DNA of 45,405 nucleotides from Candidatus Parcubacteria bacterium (lineage in GTDB: Bacteria; Patescibacteriota; Minisyncoccia; Phycocordibacterales; UBA2100): positions 1 through 45,405 of the forward strand of contig JBDKGA010000038.1 in the NCBI GenBank assembly GCA_039798465.1, written 5' to 3'. The position numbers were made by a program, and so were the translations under genes. How positions within the stretch are numbered: position 1 is the first letter of the stretch; each line of letters begins with the position of its first letter. Shown piece after piece: positions 8,320 to 17,372 of the stretch. The notes under the pieces were generated by a model. The model was not told where the DNA came from and did no database searches. It saw only the letters and a program-made list of their open reading frames with translations.

Positions 8320-10236
8320 ATGACCATCAACGACATCCGCTCCAAATACCTCGCCTACATGCAAAAGCACGGGCACGAGGTGATTCCCAGCTCTTCGCTC
8401 ATTCCGCAAAACGACCCCACTACGCTCTTTACTGGCTCGGGCATGCAGCAGCTCATGCCGTATCTCTTGGGACAATCGCACCCCAAGGGCGCACGCCTCA
8501 CCGATAGCCAAAAGTGTTTTCGCGCCGAAGATATAGAAGAGATAGGCGACAATCGCCACACCACCTTTTTTGAGATGCTCGGCAATTGGGCGCTCGGGGA
8601 TTATTTCAAAAAGGAGCAGCTGCCATTCTTTTTTGGATTCCTCGTCGACGAACTCGGCATAGATCCAAGCAAACTCTACGTAACGGTCTTTGCGGGCGAC
8701 GAAACAAACAACATCGCGCGCGACGACGAATCGGTACAGATATGGAAAGAACTCTTTGCGAGCAAGGGGATAGAGGCAACCGATGTAGTGATGGGGAGCG
8801 AAGAGGACGGCGCTCGGCTCGGCATGCGCGGCGGACGAATCTTTTACTACGATGTAAAAAAGAATTGGTGGAGTCGCGCAGGAATCCCCAGCAAGATGCC
8901 TGCAGGAGAGCCAGGCGGGCCCGATTCGGAAATGTTCTACGATTTCAGCACACCACACGATGCAAAATTTGGCGCCGAGTGCCACCCAAACTGCGATTGC
9001 GGACGCTTCATGGAAATAGGGAACTCGGTTTTTATGCAGTACCTCAAAACGCAAAACGGTTTTGAACTCTTGCCCAAGCAAAATGTAGATTTTGGCGGCG
9101 GGCTCGAACGCATTGCTGCCGCAGCAGCGGGTACGCCCGATGTGTTTGTCGCAGTAGATGTGCTCGCAAATATCATCGCACTCATTGCGCACTTTTCGGG
9201 CAAATCGTATGACGATTCGCGCTACACGCGCAGCTTCCGCATCATCGCCGATCACATGCGCGCAGCGACCTTTATGCTTGCGGCTGGCATCATTCCCTCA
9301 AACACCGAGCGCGGCTACGTATTGCGCCGTCTCATTCGCCGCGCAGCACTCCACGCGCAGAAGCTTGAGGTGGCCGACAAAGACGCGGGGGATTCGATGC
9401 TACACCGTGCTGCGATACTCATCATCGAATACTACAAACATGCGTACCCCGAGCTCGAGGGAGAGGAAGTATTTACCTTCATCACCACTGAGCTGCACAA
9501 AGAAGAAATGCAGTTTGCTCGTACACTCGCCGACGGGACAAAAGAATTTCAAAAAGCGGCGGCAACAGGTGCCATCACCGGCGAGCAAGCATTCACACTC
9601 TTCACAACACATGGGTTCCCGTTTGAACTCACACAAGAAATGGCACACGAACGCGGGCTCACTGTCGATGCCGAAGACTTTGCGGCACGCATGAAAGCCC
9701 ACCAAGACCTCTCGCGCTCTGGTAGCGAACAAAAGTTTAAGGGCGGACTCGCCGATGCGTCTGAGGAGACGACGCGCCTGCACACTGCGCACCATTTGCT
9801 CTTGCGTGCACTACAAATCGTGCTCGGCGATCAGGTAAAGCAGCGCGGAAGCAACATCACCAAAGAGCGATTGCGTATCGATTTTTCGTACGGCGCAAAA
9901 ATGACTCCCGAAGAAATAAAAAAGGTAGAAGATATTGTGAACGAGCAAATACAGGCTGCACTCCCCATGACGCGCTGGCAGGTGAGCAAAGAAGAGGCAG
10001 AAGCGACCGGCGCCGAGCACGAATTTGGCGCCAAATACCCCGACACCGTATCGGTGTACATGGTAGGAAATGTCGTGCCCGACGATTTTGCCGCGAGCGC
10101 CGCACAATCATTCTCCAAAGAATTCTGTGGCGGTCCGCACGTACAAAACACAAACGAGCTCAAGGGCACGTTTAAAATACTCAAAGAAGAAGCGTCGAGT
10201 GCCGGCGTACGCCGCATCAAGGCAGTGTTGCAGTAG
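8320..10236 (+). CDS. alaS: Alanine--tRNA ligase, short form without a C-Ala domain
   Basis: MTINDIRSKYLAYMQKHGHEVIPSSSLIP and FFEMLGNW (catalytic core). Editing-domain motifs HTAHHLL and CGGPHV. TACGCT (8308-8313) lies 6 nt before ATG 8320. The protein ends right after the editing domain. Confidence 0.93.
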   Translation: MTINDIRSKYLAYMQKHGHEVIPSSSLIPQNDPTTLFTGSGMQQLMPYLLGQSHPKGARLTDSQKCFRAEDIEEIGDNRHTTFFEMLGNWALGDYFKKEQLPFFFGFLVDELGIDPSKLYVTVFAGDETNNIARDDESVQIWKELFASKGIEATDVVMGSEEDGARLGMRGGRIFYYDVKKNWWSRAGIPSKMPAGEPGGPDSEMFYDFSTPHDAKFGAECHPNCDCGRFMEIGNSVFMQYLKTQNGFELLPKQNVDFGGGLERIAAAAAGTPDVFVAVDVLANIIALIAHFSGKSYDDSRYTRSFRIIADHMRAATFMLAAGIIPSNTERGYVLRRLIRRAALHAQKLEVADKDAGDSMLHRAAILIIEYYKHAYPELEGEEVFTFITTELHKEEMQFARTLADGTKEFQKAAATGAITGEQAFTLFTTHGFPFELTQEMAHERGLTVDAEDFAARMKAHQDLSRSGSEQKFKGGLADASEETTRLHTAHHLLLRALQIVLGDQVKQRGSNITKERLRIDFSYGAKMTPEEIKKVEDIVNEQIQAALPMTRWQVSKEEAEATGAEHEFGAKYPDTVSVYMVGNVVPDDFAASAAQSFSKEFCGGPHVQNTNELKGTFKILKEEASSAGVRRIKAVLQ

Positions 10237-10291
10237 TTGCTACGTGGGGATTGCGAACACTACGCGCGATGCGCGCTGGTATACTTACGCA

Positions 10292-11446
10292 ATGGGTTTT
10301 TCACTGGTACCTCACGGCAAAAAGATAGTGGCGCTCGCTGATATTGGCGGGAGTGGAAGCGCCTGCGCACTTGCTGATGCTGGCAATGTTCCCACACAGA
10401 TACAAGCAGTAGTACGCACACCTCATGTGCACGAAGATCGCCAGGGCGAACGCACGATTGCGCAACTCGCACAAACACTGAGCACAGCCTCTTCACAGCT
10501 CGCCACCATGTATACACAGCCCGGCATATCTCGTCCGAGCGAACTCTACGCAATCGCACACGCGCCGTGGATACAATCACGCAGCATCGTGACTGAGCGC
10601 TCCTTTGAAACCGAGACCAAAATTACCGAAAGTCTGATTGGCGACATGGCAAAAGAGGCACTCGCCGGAGACTCCTCGCTCGTACGCGAAGATGTGTGCG
10701 AGGGAAGCGTCTCTCATATAGAGCTCAACGGCTATCCGACACATGCACCTCACGGGAAAATGGCACACCATGTAAAAGTAGTGGTGCTGGTGAGCGAGAT
10801 GAAGCGCGCGCACCGCGACGAACTCGAACACGCACTCCGGCCTAGTTTCCCCGAAATACCGATACGATGGCGCTCGTATGCGCGCGCCTTGGCAAGCGTG
10901 CTCGGGGAGCGTGGGAGCGAATCACGAAATGCAGTCATATTCGATATTTCCGACGACGGCTCAGCGGTGTCGGTATTGCGCAAAAATGTACTCACCGAAC
11001 AAAAACAAATTGCTGCTGGTACCCAGACACTCCTTTCCCTCATTGCAGGAAAGGGTTCGCGCGAAGAAACACTCTCTCTTCTTTCGATGCTTGAGCACGG
11101 CACTTGTACGACAGCACAGTGCGACGAAATAAATGCCGCGCTTACTGAAGCCGAACCGGCGATTACAAAAATAGTAGGGCAGGGACTGGGAGACATGGCC
11201 GCCCAGCGACGTTTGCCCAACGAAGCATACCTCTTTATGCACGAAGACTTGGCCGAATGGTTTGCGCGTTTTATCGCTCGTATCGATTTTGCACAATTCA
11301 CCATATCCTCAAAGCCGTTTTCCGTGCATCCGCTCTCAGTCGCAGATTTTTCTCACGCGGTTGCATGGAATGCCGGGGTTGCACACGATTTAGGTATCGC
11401 ACTCGCCGCCGCGCTTGTGCACACAGAACTCCACAAAAATTCCTGA
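10292..11446 (+). CDS. Hypothetical protein, possibly actin-like ATPase fold (FtsA/PilM-like)
   Basis: IVALADIGGSGS and AVIFDISDDGSAVSVL resemble phosphate-1 and phosphate-2 motifs. TGGTATACT (10278-10286) lies 6 nt before ATG 10292. Confidence 0.45.
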   Translation: MGFSLVPHGKKIVALADIGGSGSACALADAGNVPTQIQAVVRTPHVHEDRQGERTIAQLAQTLSTASSQLATMYTQPGISRPSELYAIAHAPWIQSRSIVTERSFETETKITESLIGDMAKEALAGDSSLVREDVCEGSVSHIELNGYPTHAPHGKMAHHVKVVVLVSEMKRAHRDELEHALRPSFPEIPIRWRSYARALASVLGERGSESRNAVIFDISDDGSAVSVLRKNVLTEQKQIAAGTQTLLSLIAGKGSREETLSLLSMLEHGTCTTAQCDEINAALTEAEPAITKIVGQGLGDMAAQRRLPNEAYLFMHEDLAEWFARFIARIDFAQFTISSKPFSVHPLSVADFSHAVAWNAGVAHDLGIALAAALVHTELHKNS

Positions 11447-11469
11447 GTACGTGGTATAATACGCAGTAT

Positions 11470-12795
11470 ATGAGTGATTATTTTCAAGATATACTTCCTC
11501 CTGAGGGTGAGCCACGTAGGTCTGCACCTACTTCCGCACCCGAACCGGAGATTACTCCCGAAAAGAGTATCCGTAATATCAGCATAAGCCGCTCTCGTTC
11601 GGCACCCGAAAAGCGAGATATTCCTATGCCAACACTTTCTACAAACAAAAGGTCATTCATGCCTGGGTCGCGTGTGTGGCTTATTGCCGCACTGGCACTC
11701 TTTGTGCTCGGCATTTTGAGTTTGTTTATGTTCCGCAAGACCACCGTTACCGTGATTCCACGCACACACACCATTCTCTTCGATAACACCGCGCCTTTTA
11801 GCGCGTATCCTGCCGCAACAGCAGCCTCTGGAACACTCCCATACACTGTCCAGACCTTTTCTTTCGAAGACACTGAGGTTGTGGCTGCACAGGGGACCCA
11901 GCATGTAGAAACAAAAGCCTCAGGTTCTCTCACGGTCTACAATGATTTTTCTGCCGCTCCAGTAAAACTCTTGGCCTCTACCCGTTTTGAAACACCAGAA
12001 GGTCTGGTGTATCGCGTGCCAGCACAGATAGTTGTTCCCGGCAAAAACGGCAATACGCCGGGCAGTATCCAGGTAACGGTTGTTGCTGATGCAGTCGGTC
12101 CGAATTACAACGTCGGACCCGTTGCAAAGTTTACTCTGCCCGGCCTCAAGGGCGGCGCAATGTTTGAAAAAGTATACGCACAATCAACGAGTGCGTTTAC
12201 TGGCGGCTTTGCAGGTGAGCAGCCACAAACGGCACCAGGTGTCCTAGAAGGAGCAACGGCACAAATTCGCACGCGCCTCGATCAGAAGGTCCGCGATGCA
12301 ATGAACGCACTCAGCGGTTCTACCGCGCTTGCTGATTTGGCGCGAACCACATACACCGACTTGCCAAACGTTGCGGAAGCAGAAAACAGTGTCCGCGTAG
12401 GTCAGCGCATCGAAGTGCAGGTGCCTGTCTTTGCCACAAATGTACTCGCGGGGGCTCTCGCGCAATCGGTAAGTGCCGACGCGCAACTGAGTGATATTCG
12501 CTTGGTGCCCGGAGAAGGGTTTGCATCTAAATCAGCAGATGTTGCTTCGACCACACTGGGCTCTGATCCGATTTCCTTTACACTCAACGGCAAGGCACAG
12601 CTCGTCTGGCAGGTAAACGGCGAAGCTTTGGCTCAGGCCCTCGCAGGGAAAGACCAGGCAGCCTTCCAAACCATCATCGGCGGCTTCCCATTTGTACAGG
12701 AAGCCAAGGCACGAATTGAGCCGTTCTGGCGTTCTACCTTCCCGAAAGAGGCTTCTGCCATCACAATTGTAGTCGGGGAGACGCCAAAACCTTGA
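11470..12795 (+). CDS. Single-pass membrane protein with a large beta-rich extracytoplasmic domain (hypothetical)
   Basis: TGGTATAAT (11452-11460) lies 9 nt before ATG 11470. TM helix VWLIAALALFVLGILSLFMF. No family recognised. Confidence 0.7.
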   Translation: MSDYFQDILPPEGEPRRSAPTSAPEPEITPEKSIRNISISRSRSAPEKRDIPMPTLSTNKRSFMPGSRVWLIAALALFVLGILSLFMFRKTTVTVIPRTHTILFDNTAPFSAYPAATAASGTLPYTVQTFSFEDTEVVAAQGTQHVETKASGSLTVYNDFSAAPVKLLASTRFETPEGLVYRVPAQIVVPGKNGNTPGSIQVTVVADAVGPNYNVGPVAKFTLPGLKGGAMFEKVYAQSTSAFTGGFAGEQPQTAPGVLEGATAQIRTRLDQKVRDAMNALSGSTALADLARTTYTDLPNVAEAENSVRVGQRIEVQVPVFATNVLAGALAQSVSADAQLSDIRLVPGEGFASKSADVASTTLGSDPISFTLNGKAQLVWQVNGEALAQALAGKDQAAFQTIIGGFPFVQEAKARIEPFWRSTFPKEASAITIVVGETPKP

Positions 12796-12820
12796 CGTAG
12801 GGCCAACTATTTGCTATTTT
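12792..12820 (+). promoter_or_regulatory. Promoter of the infA/ribosomal-protein block
   Basis: TTGACG (12792-12797, overlapping the upstream stop codon), 17-nt spacer, TGcTATTTT (-10 at 12815-12820). Confidence 0.6.
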
Positions 12821-12836
12821 TGTGTGCGCAGACTAT

Positions 12837-13043
12837 ATGGCTGATTCTGACATCGTAGAGGGTATCGTCGAAGAGGCGCTTCCCAATACTTTGTTCAAAG
12901 TTATCCTCCCCGACGAAAGTATGGTACTCGCGTACCTAGCGGGAAAAATGCGTCTGCACCGCATCAAGGTCCTCGTTGGAGACAAGGTGCAGGTAAAGCT
13001 CGATCCGTACGGCGGAAGAGCACGTATCGTCCGACGCAGCTAA
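12837..13043 (+). CDS. infA: Translation initiation factor IF-1
   Basis: S1-like fold: [20 protein letters not shown]...[26 protein letters not shown] 12837 is preferred over GTG 12822. Confidence 0.93.
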   Translation: MADSDIVEGIVEEALPNTLFKVILPDESMVLAYLAGKMRLHRIKVLVGDKVQVKLDPYGGRARIVRRS

Positions 13044-13050
13044 ACTATCC

Positions 13051-13164
13051 ATGAAAGTAAAAGCCTCACTCAAAAAGATGTGCCTCCAGTGCCGCCACGT
13101 GCGTCGTCGCGGTCGTCTTTTCGTTATCTGTAAGGACCCTCGCCATAAGCAGCGCCAAGGTTAA
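13051..13164 (+). CDS. rpmJ: 50S ribosomal protein L36
   Basis: My own translation gives [37 protein letters not shown] (37 aa). It is below the ORF-track size cutoff and sits in the canonical infA-rpmJ-rpsM position. Confidence 0.9.
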   Translation: MKVKASLKKMCLQCRHVRRRGRLFVICKDPRHKQRQG

Positions 13165-13192
13165 TTTTCATTTTCTAAATTCTTAACATCAT

Positions 13193-13573
13193 ATGCGTAT
13201 CGCAGGTATTACCGTTCCCGATGACAAGCGTCTTGAAATCGCTCTTACCGCGCTGTACGGCGTTGGGCGCGCACGCGCACAGGCAACCCTCTCTGGTCTC
13301 AAAATAGACTGGGGTACCCGTGCAAAGGACCTCTCTGCAAAGCAGGAGTCTGATTTGCGCGAAGCAATCGAAAAATTCACTCTTGAGGGTGAGCTCAAGC
13401 GCGAGGTAAGCGCAAATGTTCGTCGCCTCAAAGACATCAAGGCTCATCGCGGTGTCCGTCACCTCAAGAAGCTCCCTGTCCGTGGTCAACGCACCAAGAC
13501 TAATTCTCGCACTATCCGCGGCAACGTCCGCAAGACCATGACCTCTGGTCGCCGTAAGCTAGAGAAGACATGA
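13193..13573 (+). CDS. rpsM: 30S ribosomal protein S13
   Basis: MRIAGITVPDDKRLEIALTALYGVGRARA, plus operon context. Confidence 0.95.
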   Translation: MRIAGITVPDDKRLEIALTALYGVGRARAQATLSGLKIDWGTRAKDLSAKQESDLREAIEKFTLEGELKREVSANVRRLKDIKAHRGVRHLKKLPVRGQRTKTNSRTIRGNVRKTMTSGRRKLEKT

Positions 13574-13658
13574 TCCATTTTGCAGGCCTGCATGAGTGTG
13601 CTATTCTTTGGCCACTCGCAAAGCGGGAAGCTTCTGTGCGTATCTAAAAATTTCATCC

Positions 13659-14093
13659 ATGGGAAAGAAACGAATAATTCGAAAATCAGGCGGTACCGTC
13701 GATCAGGGACTCAAGTCTCGTTCTTTGGCACGCGTCGCAAAAAAGAACATCGTATCGGGGATGCTCTTTATTCAGGCCACCTACAACAACACCAAAGTAT
13801 TGCTTACCGACAAGGCAGGCAATGCAGTGGCGTGGTCTTCTTCTGGCTCTCTCGGCTTCTCGGGCGCCAAGAAGGGAACACCCTTTGCTGCTGCTAAAGT
13901 AGGAGAGCTCGTTGGCGACAAAGCAGCAATCATCGGCGTGAAAGAAGTAGAGGTCATTATTCGTGGAGTAGGTGCTGGTCGCGAATCAGCGCTTCGCGGT
14001 TTTGCAAGCAAGGGGATAGACGTTACAAGAATTTCTGACGACACCCCAGTACCACACAACGGCCCTCGTCCACCTAAGCCTCGTCGCATCTAA
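13659..14093 (+). CDS. rpsK: 30S ribosomal protein S11
   Basis: GMLFIQATYNNTKVLLTDKAGNAVAWSSSGSLGFSGAKKGTPFAA. ATG 13659 is preferred over ORF-track start 13596. Confidence 0.93.
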   Translation: MGKKRIIRKSGGTVDQGLKSRSLARVAKKNIVSGMLFIQATYNNTKVLLTDKAGNAVAWSSSGSLGFSGAKKGTPFAAAKVGELVGDKAAIIGVKEVEVIIRGVGAGRESALRGFASKGIDVTRISDDTPVPHNGPRPPKPRRI

Positions 14094-14104
14094 TTTTCTT
14101 CATT

Positions 14105-14713
14105 ATGCTTATCATCAAGTCCAAGTATCGCATCGCACGCAGGCTCGGAGCCGGCATTTTCGACCAGACGCAGACACAGAAGTTTGCGCTTCGCGCAGCA
14201 CAGCGCACCGAGAAGCGCCGTGGCGGCAGAGGAGGCTCGGATTACGGACGCCAGCTTCTCGAAAAGCAGAAGGTTCGTTTTACCTACGGTCTCACCGAAA
14301 AGCATCTTTCCAATTACGCCGCAAAAGCATTCGCCACCAAGGATCCCGGCACCTCGTTGCACCGTGCACTTGAAATGCGCGCCGACAACGTCGTGTACCG
14401 CTCCGGATTTGCTCCTTCTCGTCGCGCCGGTCGCCAGGCTGTTTCCCACGGTCACATCTTGGTAAACGGCCGCCGCATCAGCACCCCTTCGCTCGCACTC
14501 AAGGTGGGCGACGTTCTCACCATTCGCGAAGGTAGCCGCAAGAGCCCGCTCTTTGCTGGTCTTGCCGACAAAAACGCAGAGGGTCGTTCTATTCCTCAGT
14601 GGCTCGAGTCCGATGTCAGCCTCCTCACGATTAAGGTCATCGGCGAGCCAACCTACTCACCGGCAGAATCCGGCCTTGATTACGCGACAGTGTTTGAGTT
14701 TTACAGCCGATAG
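14105..14713 (+). CDS. rpsD: 30S ribosomal protein S4
   Basis: The S4 domain is recognisable (RQAVSHGHILVNGRRISTPSLALKVGDVLTIRE), plus operon context. Confidence 0.93.
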   Translation: MLIIKSKYRIARRLGAGIFDQTQTQKFALRAAQRTEKRRGGRGGSDYGRQLLEKQKVRFTYGLTEKHLSNYAAKAFATKDPGTSLHRALEMRADNVVYRSGFAPSRRAGRQAVSHGHILVNGRRISTPSLALKVGDVLTIREGSRKSPLFAGLADKNAEGRSIPQWLESDVSLLTIKVIGEPTYSPAESGLDYATVFEFYSR

Positions 14714-14770
14714 TGGTATAGTAGGTCCTAATTTTGAGCCATTTTTACAAGATTTAAACGAGCACGAGCT

Positions 14771-15736
14771 ATGTCTGATTATCACATTGCACTTCCCAGC
14801 AAGCCTCGCGTCGTCTCCGAAACGGAGAAGGGCGGTATCTATGAAATAGACGGTCTCTACCCGGGCTACGGCTACACACTCGGCAACAGCTTGCGCCGCA
14901 TCATTCTTTCCTCGCTCCCTGGTGCAGCCCTCACTCACGTAAAGATTCCCGGTGTTGCTCATGAGTTTTCAACCATCGAAGGCGTAAAGGAAGATGTGGT
15001 AACTATTCTTCTCAATCTCCGCAAGATTCGTTTTCGCATTTCCACCGACGAGCCTCAAAAAATCTCCTTGAGCATCAAGGGTCCTCAGTCGGTAACCGCA
15101 GGTGACCTCAAGCTTCCTGGCCAAGTAGAAATACTCAACCCAGAGCAGGTTATTTGTGAGATCACCGGCAAGGCAGAATTGGAAATGGAACTCACTGCAG
15201 AGCGCGGTCTTGGATACGTTCCAAAGGAAACCCACCAGAAGGAGCGTGTGGACATCGGCGCGATTGCACTCGACGCAATCTTCTCTCCGATTCGCCGCGC
15301 AAACTACGAAGTGGAGAACATGCGCGTTGGTGATCGCACTGACTTCAATCGTCTTCGTCTCATGATAGAGACCGACGGCACTCTTACCGCACGCGAAGCA
15401 CTTGAGCGCTCTATCGAGACCATGATTCACCAGCTTAAGGCAGTGATTGGTTTCAAAGAAGAAGAGGTTGAAGAAATTTCTCACGCAGACATGCCGCGCG
15501 CTTCTAAGGAAGACCGCTCGACCCCAATGGATGCAGAGGTTTTGAAAACCCGCATCACCGAGCTCACTCTCCCACAGCGCGTTGAAGATGCTCTCGACAA
15601 CGCATCCATTCGCACTGTTGGTGGCTTGGTACGCAAGCGCGAGGATGATCTTCTTGCCATCGAAGGCTTGGGTCAGAAGGGCTTGCAGGACATCAAGCGT
15701 GCGCTTTCTAATCTTGGACTTACCCTCCGCCAGTAA
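14771..15736 (+). CDS. rpoA: DNA-directed RNA polymerase subunit alpha
   Basis: [22 protein letters not shown] and a C-terminal HhH domain ([22 protein letters not shown]). TGGTATAGT lies upstream at 14713-14721. Confidence 0.95.
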   Translation: [321 protein letters not shown]

Positions 15737-15745
15737 TTAACCTGT

Positions 15746-16099
15746 ATGAGACACCACAAGGCACACCGCACACTTCACCGAGACAAGCGACAGCGCGTCG
15801 CGCTCTTGCGCAACCTTGCGCGCTCTCTCGTATTGCAGGAAAGCATCGTTACTACGGTTGCAAAGGCAAAGGAGCTCAAGCCATTTATTGAAAAGCTGGT
15901 AACTCTCAGCAAAGAAGGGACCGATGCTTCTCGCCGCACAGTACAGGCTCGCATCAACTCTACCGAGGCTACCCGCAAACTCCAGGACACCATCGCCAAG
16001 CGATACGACAAGCGCGCTGGTGGCTACACGCGCCTCACTCGCCTTGGTCGCATTGGCAAGCGCGTTGGCGAATCAGCTCGCATCGAATTCGTTAAATAA
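15746..16099 (+). CDS. rplQ: 50S ribosomal protein L17
   Basis: MRHHKAHRTLHRDKRQRVALLRNLARSL, plus its position after rpoA. Confidence 0.95.
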   Translation: MRHHKAHRTLHRDKRQRVALLRNLARSLVLQESIVTTVAKAKELKPFIEKLVTLSKEGTDASRRTVQARINSTEATRKLQDTIAKRYDKRAGGYTRLTRLGRIGKRVGESARIEFVK

Positions 16100-16105
16100 A
16101 TCAGT

Positions 16106-16462
16106 ATGGATGCTACCAAAACAACAACTATAGATGCAGCAGGAAAGTCTCTCGGACGTGTCGCTTCTGCTGCCGCAAAAGCTCTTATGGGCAAAACTCG
16201 TGCAGACTACACACCACACTTGTCTTCGGACACGGTGGTCCACATCAGTAACGCCAGCAAGCTCAAGATTCGCGACAGTAAGCTCGCTTCCCAGCAGTAC
16301 CAAAACTATTCTGGCTACCCTGGTGGTCAGCGCATTGAAACACTTCGCAGTCTTTCGACACGCAAAGGATACGGTGCCGCTATTCGTCTCGCCGTACAGC
16401 GCATGCTTCCAAACAACACCATGCGTGTTGGTCGTCTCAAGAGACTTCACATAACCGAATAA
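16106..16462 (+). CDS. rplM: 50S ribosomal protein L13 (short form)
   Basis: GKSLGRVASAAAKALMGKTRADYTPH and YSGYPGG, followed by rpsI. Confidence 0.9.
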   Translation: MDATKTTTIDAAGKSLGRVASAAAKALMGKTRADYTPHLSSDTVVHISNASKLKIRDSKLASQQYQNYSGYPGGQRIETLRSLSTRKGYGAAIRLAVQRMLPNNTMRVGRLKRLHITE

Positions 16463-16469
16463 TCATCAT

Positions 16470-16865
16470 ATGGCTACCAAAAACGACTACACAGAAGCTA
16501 TCGGCCGCCGCAAAACAGCCAGTGCGCGCGTACGCATCACTCCTGCCAAGAGCGCGAGCATGACAGTAAACGGCAAAACTGCTGAGGCATATTTCCCGCT
16601 TGAGACAATGGTAAAGATGGCATTTTCCCCAATGCAAACACTCGGTGTTGCCTACACTGTCTCTGTACAAGTACAGGGAGGCGGACACAAGGCACAAGCC
16701 GAGGCAGTACGCATGGGTCTCTCGCGCGCCATCACCATGGTAGTCCCTGAACAGCGCAAAGACCTCAAGGTAAAAGGCTTCCTCAAACGCGATCCGCGCG
16801 CCAAAGAGCGCAAGAAGTTTGGTCTCGTGGCTGCGCGCCGCGCACCACAGTGGTCGAAGCGTTAG
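16470..16865 (+). CDS. rpsI: 30S ribosomal protein S9
   Basis: GRRKTASARVRI, GGGHKAQAEAVRMGLSRA and the C-terminal RRAPQWSKR. Confidence 0.95.
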   Translation: MATKNDYTEAIGRRKTASARVRITPAKSASMTVNGKTAEAYFPLETMVKMAFSPMQTLGVAYTVSVQVQGGGHKAQAEAVRMGLSRAITMVVPEQRKDLKVKGFLKRDPRAKERKKFGLVAARRAPQWSKR

Positions 16866-16942
16866 TTTGCGTTTTTCAAAATTTCTGGTATAATGAGCAT
16901 TAGCTGGGAAAGGCCCAGTTGATGACTTGGAGGACAAGGGTC

Positions 16943-17290
16943 ATGGAAACATTGACTCGGAAATTTAATGTGCTCTGCGTTAGGTATCGCGGCAGGTTCC
17001 ATACCGCAGTTGATGGCCCCGCTGACGCTGAGCTGATTGCGGTGCGCAAAGAGGCGTATGGCATCGCAGTCGAGCAAACTCGTCTGCGCTTTCAGGGGAG
17101 TGACTACATCCTCGTCGATGTCACAACCGGCCTTGATGCCATGGTCGTAACGTTCATCGTCGCAGACGTCCGCACTGGTTACATGCGACACCTTTACTCA
17201 GATATCCCTGCAAAGGGCGACTCTGCGGAGGCCATCCACCGGAACGCACTCTCGACCATCGAGCGGTATGCGCGGGCCATGTATCTTTGA
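16943..17290 (+). CDS. Hypothetical protein (115 aa) directly upstream of grpE
   Basis: TGGTATAAT (16886-16894), then a leader hairpin (16904-16918), then GGAGG (16929-16933) 9 nt before ATG 16943. ATG 16922 is an alternative start. No family recognised. Confidence 0.6.
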   Translation: METLTRKFNVLCVRYRGRFHTAVDGPADAELIAVRKEAYGIAVEQTRLRFQGSDYILVDVTTGLDAMVVTFIVADVRTGYMRHLYSDIPAKGDSAEAIHRNALSTIERYARAMYL

Positions 17291-17310
17291 ACGCCCACGA
17301 AGAACCTGAA

Positions 17311-17337
17311 GTGTCGGCCATGTGTCGGCACTTTTTT
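17311..17337 (+). terminator. Intrinsic terminator
   Basis: gtgtcg/cggcac stem (one G:U pair) with a 9-nt loop, followed by T6 (17332-17337). Confidence 0.5.
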
Positions 17338-17372
17338 ATTGGAGCAATGCGAAAATTTGCTATACTCGCACC

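Noticed and set aside
8275-9255. Long antisense ORFs opposite well-supported genes: 8275..9255 (alaS), 18688..19563 (dnaK), 27561..28577 (aspS), 6593..7615 (M16 peptidase), 3732..4394, 26621..27265, 34622..35437 and 36015..36707.
   Set aside because: Each lies entirely inside a confidently identified gene on the other strand. Their compositions are low-complexity or Cys/Arg/His-rich, and they lack promoter or SD signals. These are typical shadow ORFs of GC-rich coding DNA.
13586-13599. A 14-mer, gcaggcctgcatga, is shared (as the reverse complement) between the rpsM-rpsK spacer and the left arm of element A (115-128).
   Set aside because: Most of the match is a 12-bp self-palindrome. Several 14-mer matches are expected by chance in a 45-kb window searched on both strands. 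There are no associated arms or core.
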